Source: Enoplolaimus lenunculus (Eukaryota). Taken from it: a DNA stretch of 64,000 nucleotides. Positions 53,754 to 63,873 of this stretch are shown here, piece by piece. A model generated the notes under the pieces. The model did not search any database, was not told the origin of the DNA, and saw only the letters and a list, made by a program, of their open reading frames with translations. The translations under genes and the position numbers were made by a program. Where the stretch lies: positions 248,001-312,000 of the forward strand of contig JASANG010000611.1 of assembly GCA_030248215.1 (NCBI GenBank), read 5' to 3'. The first letter of the stretch is position 1, and each line of letters starts with the position of its first letter.

Positions 53754-56740
53754 CTAACGAAAGCCGGTTTAACTCTATCGATCGAAACCCTGTTTCGCAG
53801 CCCTTGTTGATCAATTGACACTGTTTTTTCGTCCCAATCGACAATACGATGCGGGCCATTGTAACGGGGTTCGAGACTGTTTCTAGGTGCTGCATCACGC
53901 AACCACACATACTCACATGATCGCAAGTCCTTGGGAACGTAGCAGGGAGCGCGATGGATTCTTACTGGCGCTGAAAAATTCCTTACACCCGCAAAAAATG
54001 TTTCTAAAAAATAATTCGAAAACCTAGGACATTCAGGTGTATTAGTATTGAAAAAATAGCCCGGCAAATTCAGTGATTTCCCATACAATGTTTGTGCTGG
54101 ACAGACTCCGTCGTCGTTAATGGCATTACGAATTCCTAAAAGCAAAAGTGGTAAATGTAATGTCCAATTGGCGCAATCACATTTCGATCGCAACGCAGCT
54201 TTTAGCGTACGATGGAAACGTTCAACGGCCCCATTGCAAGCTGGATGGTAAGCAGTAGTTCGTTTGCGTTTGATTCCCAATTTTCTCATCAACTCGTCCC
54301 AGACAGCAGACTCAAATTGAGGTCCGCGGTCTGAAATAAGAATTCTGGGTACGCCAAAACGGCTGACCCAATGATTAAGAAAAGCACTCACTATGGTAGT
54401 AGTTGACATATCTGCAATCGGAATAGCTTCTGGCCATTTCGTGAAACGATCTACAACTGTTAACAAATACGCAAAACCCCCAGAACGAGGTAACGGTCCT
54501 ACCAAATCTATATGAATTGTGTCTAACCTTGTTGACGTTGGTATATCACCGATTGGGGCGCGGGTATGGCCCACCTTACTGACCTGACATCGGTGACAAA
54601 ACCTACACCAAAGCTTAACTTCTTTGTTCATTCCCGGCCAAATCTTTGCGCAATTGTGCGTAAAGTACAGTTTGGACCGGTGTGAGCAGCATCATGTATA
54701 GCATGAAAATTTTCCTACGCATACAAAAAGGTATGTACGGTCTGATAACGGGAGTGGATGCATCACAAACAACAGTCTTGCCATTCACCTGAAACTTTTT
54801 TAAAGGCAAAGTAGTAGTGTTGAAAAATTGTTGCGAATCATTGTCCTCTAATTGCGCAATAGCCATTTCCTCGTTGCAATCTGAGGTAACAGCTGAACAG
54901 GACGAACGCGACAATGCGTCAGCAACGATGTTGTCGCAACCCGAAACATGCTCAATTTTACAATTATGCTCAGAGGTATAGGACAACCAACGAGATTGCT
55001 GAGGTGTAGGATTCTTCATACTCAATGCATTCAACAGAGGCTTATGATGCGTCCGAATAGTAGATTCGGTTCCCAACAACCACTTGAAATGTTTAAGCGA
55101 GGCATAAATAGCCAATAACTCCCTGTCAAAAGTAGATTTATTTGATTCAGAGTCCAACAGCTTACGTGAATAAAAAGATAGAGGTTGGCGCTCCCCATTA
55201 ACCAGCTGATTGAGAACAGCCCCTATTGCAATATTGGAAGCATCGGCGGTTAACTCAATTGCTGCATCCTCCAGTGGAAAATACAAAGTTCGACAGCTCT
55301 GCAATGCGTTTTTAAGTTCGATGAAAGCTTTTTTCGCGGAAACGTTCCACACCAGAGGTTGTTTGGAATTTTTCTTGACATTGCGCGTCATATCCGTGAG
55401 AGGGGCGGCTATTTCTGAAAATTGAGGAATGAATCTATGGTAAAATGCGCACATACCAATGAACCGTCTCAAACCTTTAACGGTAACTGGCATTTCAAAA
55501 CTGTTAATGGCATCGATCTTCGCCGTCAACGGACGAAACCCCCCGCATGTAATTTCAAACCCGATAAATTTTGTTTTAGACACTAAAAACTCACATTTCT
55601 CCTTTTTTAAACGCAAACCATTAGCAGATAAATGTTCAAATAACTGATGCAGATGTTTGATATGTTGCGGTATATCTTCACTAGCAATAAGTACATCATC
55701 TAAATACGCAATTGCAAAGGTGCAACCACGCAAAACGGTGTCCATTAAACGCTGAAATGTTTGAGCTGCATTCCGCAAGCCAAACGGCATGCGCCTGTAA
55801 ATGAAAAGTCCGAAGGGGGTAGTATAATTGCGGTTTTCAACTGGTCCTCCACCGCCACCGGTATCTGATGATAGGCGGACACTAGATCCACTTTGGAAAA
55901 TACCTTGCAATTCCCGAGCCGATTTGTCAAATCCCCTATGTTAGGCATCGGGTACCGATCAGGGATAGTCACTTTGTTCAACTTGCGATAATCGCCGCAA
56001 GGGCGCCATGGCGTCGCGTTATCTGTTTTGGGAGCCATGTGCAAAGCGGATGACCACGGCGATTCCCCTCGAAAAACCACGCCCTGTTTTTCGAGATTTT
56101 CAAAGGACTTTTTGGCAATCTCAAGTTTTGGACCAAAAAGCCTGCGGGGTTTACTGAAAACAGGCTGTCCATTTGTCACAATTCTGTGAACGACAGAATG
56201 TTGGATAACATCATTAGACGATGGTTTATCAAAAATATTTGAATACTCTTTCAAAATGCTACGGAGTTCAACACTCCCTGATGGTGCAATCGAGGAAACG
56301 TTGGTCGGTCTCACATTACGGCTAATAACTGAAAACTGGGCAAAATTGGCAACTTCTTTACCATAATTGAACCTATGACCTCGTACTAAACGCAAATTCC
56401 GACAGTCTACCACTAAATTATGATTGCTCAAAAAATCAAATCCTAAAATTGGCTGCGAAACATCGGCTATAACAAAATCCCATGAAAACTTCTGACCGAG
56501 CTGCGGAATGCGGAAATTTAACATTTTGGTCCCAAAACTAGGAACTGGAAAACCATTTGCTGCATAAAAGGTATCCGCCTGCGCCTCTGAACTGGTTTTG
56601 AACCCTCCAACGAACGATTTCGGCAAAAAACTTTTAACGCTGCCCGTGTCTGCTAAAAAAATACCGATCTCGGGAACTGCGACATTTATTGTTCTGACTC
56701 CGGTCCCTGTCGCCGCGGGGCCGGAGACTGTGCTTTTCCC
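53663..56740 (-). pseudogene. pol: Pol: aspartic protease, RT, RNase H, integrase; three internal frame breaks (~55825, ~54706, ~54641)
   Basis: FLADTGS, ILGFDFL, WRPCGDYRKLN, MPFGLRNA, YLDD, TADAS, DRELLA, HDAAH...CHRC, HIDLVGP, SDRGPQF, NGAVERFHRTLK, PRYNGPHRI. Confidence 0.95.
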
Positions 56741-57723
56741 GAATCTCTTACAACCCATTCACATGGTTTGACACATCTATGCGCTCGTGGGCCGAACCTC
56801 GCATGGTAAAAACAAAGCTGTCGACCAGCGCCATACCGCATTCCAGATCGTGAACTACGCGCAGAATTAGATCTCGACCGACCTGCAAAATGCCGTCCAT
56901 CTCTTGGACGCCTTTTATTCAACCCGTCCACGCGTTTACTGAGCTGTGCTATACAATTTGACATTTCCTTCATCTGAAGTCACAAGGTGTCATCAGCCTT
57001 TTCCTGACATGTTTCCGTAACCGATGATACACATGCATCAACACTAGCGCCGGGAGTCAACTGCTCTAAAATGCGATCAGCAAGACTAGCTAATTTCTCA
57101 ATTTTAACATCATCAACAACGACCAACGAAATTCTAACTTTCTCAGGAAGCGCAGCCATAAATCTCAGTTTCACCAAATCTGCATGACCAGGCGCTTTTC
57201 CCTGCAGCTGCCGCAGCAACACTGAAGGCTTTCGATCCCCTAAAACTTGCTGTTCCAACAGCTTCCGTAACTGCATCTCTTCACTTTGCCCAAAAAATTT
57301 AGTTACACAGTCTTTTATAGCTGCAGAGCTGTCCGTGGCATTTGTACCACTGTCTATCATGACATTGGTGGGTAGCGCATTAAGCAGTGCGTTCCTCTTT
57401 GAGGTTTCCGACAATCCCTCTATTAATGGCTCAATCTACGTGAACCAAACCCTTACATCACGTTCATAAAACTCGGGCAATTTTGGTAAACGACTGTTAC
57501 CGTCAGCGGGACCACTAGCTGCGGACAATGGTTGCTGCCCCGCCTCTGCCCACAATAACGCAACACTAACTACACCTGGTGGTATTTGGGCCAAAGCGTC
57601 CGCAATCAGACGCTTGGTTCCCGGCATTACAAAATCCGAATCATGCTCATTTATCAACTGGAGCGCTCTAGCCAACACCTCTTTATTGTATTTATCCAGG
57701 TTGGCCGCGTCTAACTTTGGGGG
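56686..57723 (-). pseudogene. gag: Gag, starting at the Pro after the second 2A motif; two in-frame stops (TAG 57438-57436, TGA 56982-56980)
   Basis: One frame: KLPEFYERDVRVWFT*IE, LGDRKPSVLLRQLQ, FMAALPEKVR, LASLADRI, knuckle CFYHARFGPRAHRCVKPC. Confidence 0.9.
56698..56740 (-). promoter_or_regulatory. Putative programmed -1 ribosomal frameshift signal (gag-pol)
   Basis: G_GGA_AAA in the gag frame (56740-56734); 7 nt later the hairpin CTCCGG-C-CCC-(9 nt)-GGG-A-CCGGAG (56726-56698); pol lies in the -1 frame. Confidence 0.75.
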
Positions 57724-57780
57724 CCCAGGATTGGGTTCGATTCCTGCTATAATCAGTAAAATGCGCAGTTGAGTAGCATG
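57721..57780 (-). other. 2A-like StopGo motif 2 (variant): HATQLRILLIIAGIEPNPG|P
   Basis: Hydrophobic helix + GIExNPGP, directly before Gag. Confidence 0.75.
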
Positions 57781-58623
57781 GCGAGCGCAAATCCCGCTAC
57801 TAGTATTTTCTATAGTACCATCAGCATACATTTTAACGTATTGCGGTGCCTCAGCCCTAACATTAGTAAACAAAATATTTACCGTAAGAAATATGAAAAG
57901 TATAAAATACACCTGCAATCCCACGGTCAAAGCTGTGTACAAACAATTTGCACGCATATTGTTTGTATTAGCTAAACAATTTGTCGAACAAAAATTCTCA
58001 TTTTTGCGCGAAACCTGAGTTTTTACAAATTGGGCATGAACAATATCATTCCTCGTATTGGGATTACTAAAAAATGTCTCAATACTGGACCGATTGTAAC
58101 AATGTTTTGATACTTTCTGAATTTTGTTCGGTGGCTTTCTCAAACGTGACAAACCAATGCCCGGAGACTTAATTATTGAACTTGAAACATGATTACTTAC
58201 GTTGGACGAGTTACCACGGTGACCAAAGTGATCAACCAAAAGCTTGTTTGCTATTGAACATATGATACGAAAACGCCGGGATCCTAAATGCACACCACCA
58301 TACCACCGGGTAACAACCACCATGACATTGGTAGCGCCAATAAGTTGTATTGTTTTCAATAAACGGCAACCAGCACCAAATTCACCATCATCATTAAATC
58401 CGGAATGCAACCCCGCTGCGCTGTTAATACAATAAGCATATATATTGTGCGTTGCCTTTGCAACTTTTTTGTTACCTGCCAAAAAATTTTCCAAAATTAC
58501 CTGAACATCGTCAGTTGGTAACAAATATGCAATATGTGCTTGAAAAATACTTTTTTTAAAAGCGAACGATTCGCCAGACATAAAACTGCTCACCCTACTG
58601 TTTGCTCCCCCATTTGTCAATGG
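57724..58623 (-). CDS. 300-aa cassette between the two 2A motifs: IMPACT/YigZ (UPF0029) domain (~58580-58225), linker, transmembrane helix (~57945-57860)
   Basis: KKSIFQAHIA, NKKVAKATHNIYAY, DDGEFGAGCRLL, NVMVVVTRWYGGVHLGSRRF are signature motifs of the IMPACT C-terminal domain; hydrophobic LTVGLQVYFILFIFLTVNILF. Confidence 0.9.
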
Positions 58624-58680
58624 ACCAGGATTTGATTCCACGTCTCCGGCCATTAACAATAGTAACTTTAAAGCGGTAGC
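58621..58680 (-). other. 2A StopGo motif 1 (canonical): ATALKLLLLMAGDVESNPG|P
   Basis: Exact D(V/I)ExNPGP consensus with a Leu-rich helix, very close to FMDV 2A (LLKLAGDVESNPGP). Confidence 0.92.
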
Positions 58681-59119
58681 TTGACTGAATCCCATCCTAC
58701 CAGAATTGTACATTGCAAATTTAACCCGTTTTCCTTTTAAAAATTCCCGCATTGTTCGCGAAGCATAAGTTTCAGCTAACCTACTAGAAACAAATAAGAG
58801 CTGTGCGCGATACAAAGCTGGTGTAATTGTAATACGCAACTGCTTAGATACAGTACGAAAACCTACAACGTGAAATAACAAATATAGCAACATAAGGGGC
58901 ATAAAAACATTCACTTTATCACGTTTCTTCTTTGCGCGTGAAATTGTGGCCAAACGACGCTTAGATCGATGTTGCGGCGACTCTGTTTTTTGGCGACAAA
59001 ACTTTATTTGTTTCCAAAGAAAAGTTACCGTCGCGTCGAAAACCATTGCAATAAGGACGAGCGACGCCGATTTCGTACACGCGCGAAACCCTTCGGAAAT
59101 GTACGCAAATCTCAAACTG

Positions 59120-59137
59120 ATCACGTCGGGGTCACCA
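59120..59137 (-). other. Primer binding site complementary to the tRNA-Trp 3' end
   Basis: TGGTGACCCCGACGTGAT, 2 nt after the 5' LTR; complement of ...AUCACGUCGGGGUCACCA of eukaryotic tRNA-Trp. Confidence 0.9.
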
Positions 59138-59139
59138 AG

Positions 59140-59516
59140 TATAGGTGCGTGAATTGTGATCCAACTAGCGCAACATAACACTAGAGTGAGCATTATCTTA
59201 AACATTGTATTATTGCATTTATTGTGTACAACAAGTATTTTATTGGTACAAAAAATACACCTGAAAAATGACAAAAACACACAAAATGAAACAACAACAA
59301 AGCTAGCCCATCTGTAACAAAACCAGAAAAGAAGCCAAACCAAAACACTAGCCCTTGACACCAGACTTTCTCCAACTGAGATGATTGCTAAGTTTTACTC
59401 TTGACAACTGTGTCGCCCCCGCAATATGCAAATTATCATGAAAGCTAACCCGGCAGTTGTTAAGCGCAGCATGCAAATTGCTCGCAAAACTACAGCGAGA
59501 GAACACGGCCGCCACA
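59140..59516 (-). repeat. 5' LTR (377 bp)
   Basis: Direct repeat of 52857-53232, followed by the PBS. Confidence 0.95.
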
Positions 59517-60153
59517 GTTGTTTCGCTTCCAGAAGTTCCAAAATTTGTTTACTCCCGGCTCCGGTATTTTGAACGTCCATACACTGCAAAAAATGGTGAG
59601 TCAAATTGACTCTCTCCTGCTCTATGGCAGGGTTCCAACGGAATTCCGATTCCGGTTAAAATTCCGAACAATTTGGGTTCCGATTCCGATTGGCCTTTAT
59701 TCCGATGCCGGAATTCCGATTTAAATTAGTTTTTAAGCTGATTGAACTTATATTTTGCCTATTTTTTCCTTTGTTTGCAAATCTGTTTGTTGTTGTTTTC
59801 GAAGCATTCTAATTATTTCGCTGATTGTCAGAAAGAGTTCTACTTCATGGCGGCAAGCAGTGATGTTAGCCCTACTAGTTCTCAAATCATATGAACACGA
59901 TAGTGTTCATATATATGGTTCGCGCTTCTCAAGTGCGAATTTTCAGTTTAGTTTGCATGTTTTTATATTTTGTACATTGGTATCCTGGTACCTGTGCCTA
60001 AGGATTTGCCAAACAAGCGCGGCCTTCAGTAGTTACGGTCAAACAACACCTTACAAAAAGTGCACGAAATTTTCCATTTTGGTTGCCTTTTACCCGTTGC
60101 ATACACCTTAGACCCTGGCCGGCCCCCCCCCCCCTGGTCCCAAACAAACCCCC

Positions 60154-60430
60154 TTCACCCCAACGATTGGTTTTACCCCCAACGGTTGCTTTCACCCCAC
60201 GTGTTGGTTTCACACTAACGATTGGTTTTACCCCAACGGTTGGTTTCACCACAACGGTTACTTTCACCCCAACGGTTGGTTTCACCCGCACGGTTGGTTT
60301 ACCTCAACGGATGGTTTCACCCCACGGTGATTTTACCCCAACGGTTGGTTTCACTACAACGGTTAGTTTCACCCCAACGGTTGGTTTCACCCCAACGGTC
60401 GGTTTCACCCCAATGCTTGGTTTCACCCCA
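60154..60430. repeat. 18-bp minisatellite, ~15 units, consensus TTTCACCCCAACGGTTGG
   Basis: Direct head-to-tail repeats without spacers; preceded by a C run at 60123-60134. Confidence 0.92.
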
Positions 60431-60541
60431 TTTCTGTCATGCAAACGATTTATTGAAACTCCGTATTTAGTTTAATCAGTCTTTTCATTTTTCATAGTTC
60501 AGATTAATGGATTAATCAGCAGCTTGGTAAAGCAGTTGAAA

Positions 60542-61125
60542 CTAGAAAAAATTGCTCAGCACTTGAGCAGCATGGGATATGCTTCATATTCCTATTAAAA
60601 GGATAGTAACTAGATCAGCATATTCGTTCGATGTAACCTGGAAAAATATTAAAAAACAATGGCGTCCAAAATCATGTTGACTATTAATTCCTCTGAAACA
60701 TATTGCGGATAGCAAAATTTCTGTAAGTTTCTTTTTGTAAGAAACAAATGTTTTGCCTAAAATGTGTATTGAAGTTTTCTACAAGAACGTACTAAACTCA
60801 CCTTTGGCTCTCTTTAACATAGTTAATTGAATTTCATAAGAACACTGTATGGCGACATAATTGGTGAGTTAGAGTATTGGTGACCAATTTTGTTTTAGAT
60901 ATTTTCTCAAACAAGGGGCTGTCACAAAATGACTCGCAATTGATGCGTTAAAAACGACTCTTGACTTTAGCCCAGAAGAATTAATAGTCAACATGATTTT
61001 GGACGCCATTGTTTCTTAATATTTTTATAGGTTACACCGAACGAATGTGCTGTCTAGTTACTATCCTTTTAATAGGAATATGAAGCATATACCATGCTGC
61101 TCAAGTGCTTCGCAATTTTTTCTAG
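60542..61125. mobile_element. MITE/fold-back element with ~155-bp terminal inverted repeats
   Basis: 60542-60695 is the near reverse complement of 60973-61125 (e.g. GGATAGTAACTAGA / TCTAGTTACTATCC, CAATGGCGTCCAAAATCATGTTGAC / GTCAACATGATTTTGGACGCCATTG). Confidence 0.85.
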
Positions 61126-63221
61126 CATAGCTCGATATTAGGTTCAACAGTATGCTTACTGTAGAAGGTTTAGATTCTAGATTACATTTTTTACTTAGGC
61201 TTTAGGCTTAGGAACAAATTTTTGCAACGCTTAGGCTTAGGAATACGTAATTTGCTGTTATGCCCCTTAAAGTAAACATTGCCCGTTGTTCCTTTGCTTT
61301 GAGACTTAACAGGCTGCCCTTAGAATTGTCAGGCCTCCATTAATATAATTTTACAGGTTAGTAGATCGCTAATACAGTCAGCTAAGCAATTTTTACTGAA
61401 ACTGTGAACAATACAGACACACATACTGTAACAAAAAGTCAAGCCATATACTTTAGTTTTTGATATAATTTTAATTACTAAAATTTAAATTCCAATGCCG
61501 GTTTCGAAACAAATTTGATTCCGAGTCCGCTTCCGACAAAATTTACTTCCGATCGGAACCCTGCTCTACGGGACTACAGAAAATGAGTCAAGTTCGGCTA
61601 CGCCAGAGCCAAACATGCAACTCAGTGAGTTGAATTTAACCTTGGCGGACTCCAATTTAACTCAGTGAGTTGGATTTGATCTGGCAGACTCGAATTTAGC
61701 TCAGTTTGTATAGTCCCGTACAGCATGTTTCGGAGAGTCGATTTTGACTTACTGTTTTTTGCTATGCAGTTGTACCCTGCATGGGGGAATGATAAGGCCC
61801 CAAATACCAGCGTGTACCGGATATCCATTTCCGGTAAAAACCGGAGTCTATTTTCGTTATAGAAATAACGGGAATTGTGTTATCTTTAAGTTCGAAATTA
61901 GTCATAAAAATGACATATATCTCGCAATTTTTCGTCACAAATATGCTACAATACAATTGTTTGAAATACAATAAAAACCAAAATCTTAAAAATTTCGGTG
62001 CATCCGTCAGTCTTTTATACTTTTGAAAAACAGGTGAATATATGCACGCCTCGTGTTGGCAGAAAAAACATTTATGAAACTTTCAATATCCGTTTTCCGT
62101 ATCCGTTTTGATCACTATCCTTTTCCGTTATTTTTACTATCCGTTCACACCCTGCCAAAAACTAATAGCCAAACTAATTATATTCTTAATAATCAAATTT
62201 TGAAGCAGAAATTTTTTGTATACTTTCACACTATAGTTAAATACAGCAAACTATTTTTACCGTACAAGCACACGAACTACAAAATAGGCCACGTATGACA
62301 AAGACTAAAACTTCAAAAAATAGTACAGGTAAAGCCAAAATTAGTTCGACATTGGTAAAATATTTTGACATTTTAACGTATATTAGCATTACAATATTGG
62401 TCATAAATTACTCGGAGTAAGAGTAAAGTTTTGGAGATGTACTTTAGGCACTAAACAGCAAAAACATTACAGACAAGATTTATTGGCAAGTAAAAGACAG
62501 AAATTTAGAAAATTGTTGTCCTGAATTATCTGAGGTTTTCATGAACCCAGTCATATAAGTAATATACACGACAAAAGTATAATTTTGCTAGTATATACAT
62601 ATCACAAACCTAACACAATAATTTAGCAAACTAGTCACAGTACAGAATCACCGGATTATAATCAATACTGAGTAAAAAAATAAAAAAATTAAAATAAAAA
62701 CCTTGTTCGCATTTTCTCTCTCTCAACCATCCTGTCAGTAGCAATAGCATCCAATATGTTTCAGCTCAAAAAATTAAGATAAATTTTTTGGCGAAGCCGA
62801 ACAGGAAATATGAAGAAAATTTTCGTCAAAAGTAGCAAATTTTACTGTAGATAAGTAAATGCAAAACCAAAAATGAAAGGGAAAAAATTCTATAGCTAGT
62901 CAATAAAATGTCCCATTTTAGTACCGAAATTCTATATCAAATGCTACCTCCAAAAACCAGGCATAACCTTTAATTTTATATCCATTTGTGTCGCAAGTAT
63001 GTTTGTTGTAATTTCTATCCTGAATATTTCGTACGCAATTTTTAACTAACAGCAATGATAGACTCTGTATAAAATTAAAACACTTCACGTTTACTTAATA
63101 TAATGTTACTCTCGTTTTGACCGTTGCTCATTAAAAACCACTCAAATCATCAAAAATAAAATCAAAATGCTTTAAACTCGACAAATCACATAGAAAGAGC
63201 AATATAAAAGCAAATTATTGA

Positions 63222-63873
63222 TTAATCAATCGGACGAAGTGTCAACTGTAACAGCAAACTATCATCCGTAATGAGTTGTGAATTGTTACACAACAGCTCG
63301 TCAAGTGATATCTTTTTCTCGACTTCCATATCAACAGAATATCGTGTTTTTGAGAAATTTTTCCGACCTAAAACCAACCATGCTACATGATAACACGGTA
63401 CTTCATTAATTCCCCACTAGTGCCAGTTTAATAAAAAGCGAAAGGCTTCCAGCGCTTAGATTCTTACTCGCATGCTTAGCCTCACGTTCGTTATGTGTGC
63501 AGGGAACATTATGTGGGGGCAGTATCGATAACACACCTTACTTTTAAAAAACTGACAGGTTTGTGTTAAACAACGACCCAACAGCAGATTTAATCCATTT
63601 CTGCTGAGCCAAAAGAGCAACAACTGCTCTAAAATTACCCATTTCGGTTCAGCGTCAGCTCTATATCTCAGTGCCAGATTATGATACATAACCAAATCGA
63701 CGAAAGAAGGAACCTCAATAATATTACTCACCCGACACTGACTTAATAATGCGCCTATCATCAACAATCGAAAGCAAATACTCGATTGCTCGCGTTTGAT
63801 CTAGAACAAGATTCGATGCTAGAAGGTGAGCGCGGAATTCATCTTGATTTTGTGAATACCCTTTTGGATGGAT
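63222..63873 (-). CDS. Last two exons of a gene ending in a MATH/TRAF-like domain (possibly BTB-BACK/BTBD17-like); the rest lies beyond the right edge
   Basis: Exons 63873-63732 and 63367-63222 splice in phase (AG / GTGAGT, TTTTAG) to give IHPKGYSQNQDEFRAHLLASNLVLDQTRAIEYLLSIVDDRRIIKSVSGRKNFSKTRYSVDMEVEKKISLDELLCNNSQLITDDSLLLQLTLRPID*. The exons are well supported; the family call is tentative. Confidence 0.7.

Larger units (their letters stand above)
52857..59516 (-). mobile_element. Ty3/Gypsy LTR retrotransposon, full length, with a 2A-IMPACT-TM-2A-Gag ORF1 and an integrase-linked PWWP domain; this copy is defective
   Basis: Two near-identical LTRs, TSD GTTG (52853-52856, 59517-59520), tRNA-Trp PBS, PPT, and domain order PR-RT-RH-IN. 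Confidence 0.97.
59628..61563. mobile_element. Non-autonomous hAT-like element
   Basis: TIR CAGGGTTCC / GGAACCCTG with 8-bp TSD CTCTATGG / CTCTACGG (1 mismatch). Confidence 0.85.
59582..61771. mobile_element. Palindromic TA-MITE family copy split by a hAT-like insertion
   Basis: Left arm TA|CACTGCAAAAAATGGTGAGTCAAATTGAC at 59582; remainder at ~61572-61771 (CGGAGAGTCGATTTTGACTTAC). Confidence 0.7.

Noticed and set aside
56980..57438. Programmed stop-codon readthrough in gag
   Set aside because: Two stops in conserved capsid-region sequence, each one transition from a sense codon; decay is simpler, though other copies should be checked.
58225..58580. Host IMPACT gene or bacterial yigZ contamination
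   Set aside because: No introns, no RWD domain, in frame with gag and enclosed by LTRs with a TSD.
59120..59137. tRNA-Trp gene
   Set aside because: Only the 18-nt 3' end including CCA is present, adjacent to the LTR: it is a primer binding site.
59047..59361. N-terminal ~105 aa of the 641-aa ORF (MSRASVLV...)
   Set aside because: Starts at a non-ATG codon inside the 5' LTR and crosses the PBS; the frame is open but translation more plausibly starts at or after ATG 59046.
60083..60475. ORFs with repeated PTVGFT / VSPQRL units, and possible CRISPR-like array
   Set aside because: Translations of an 18-bp tandem minisatellite; no unique spacers, no cas genes, eukaryotic context.
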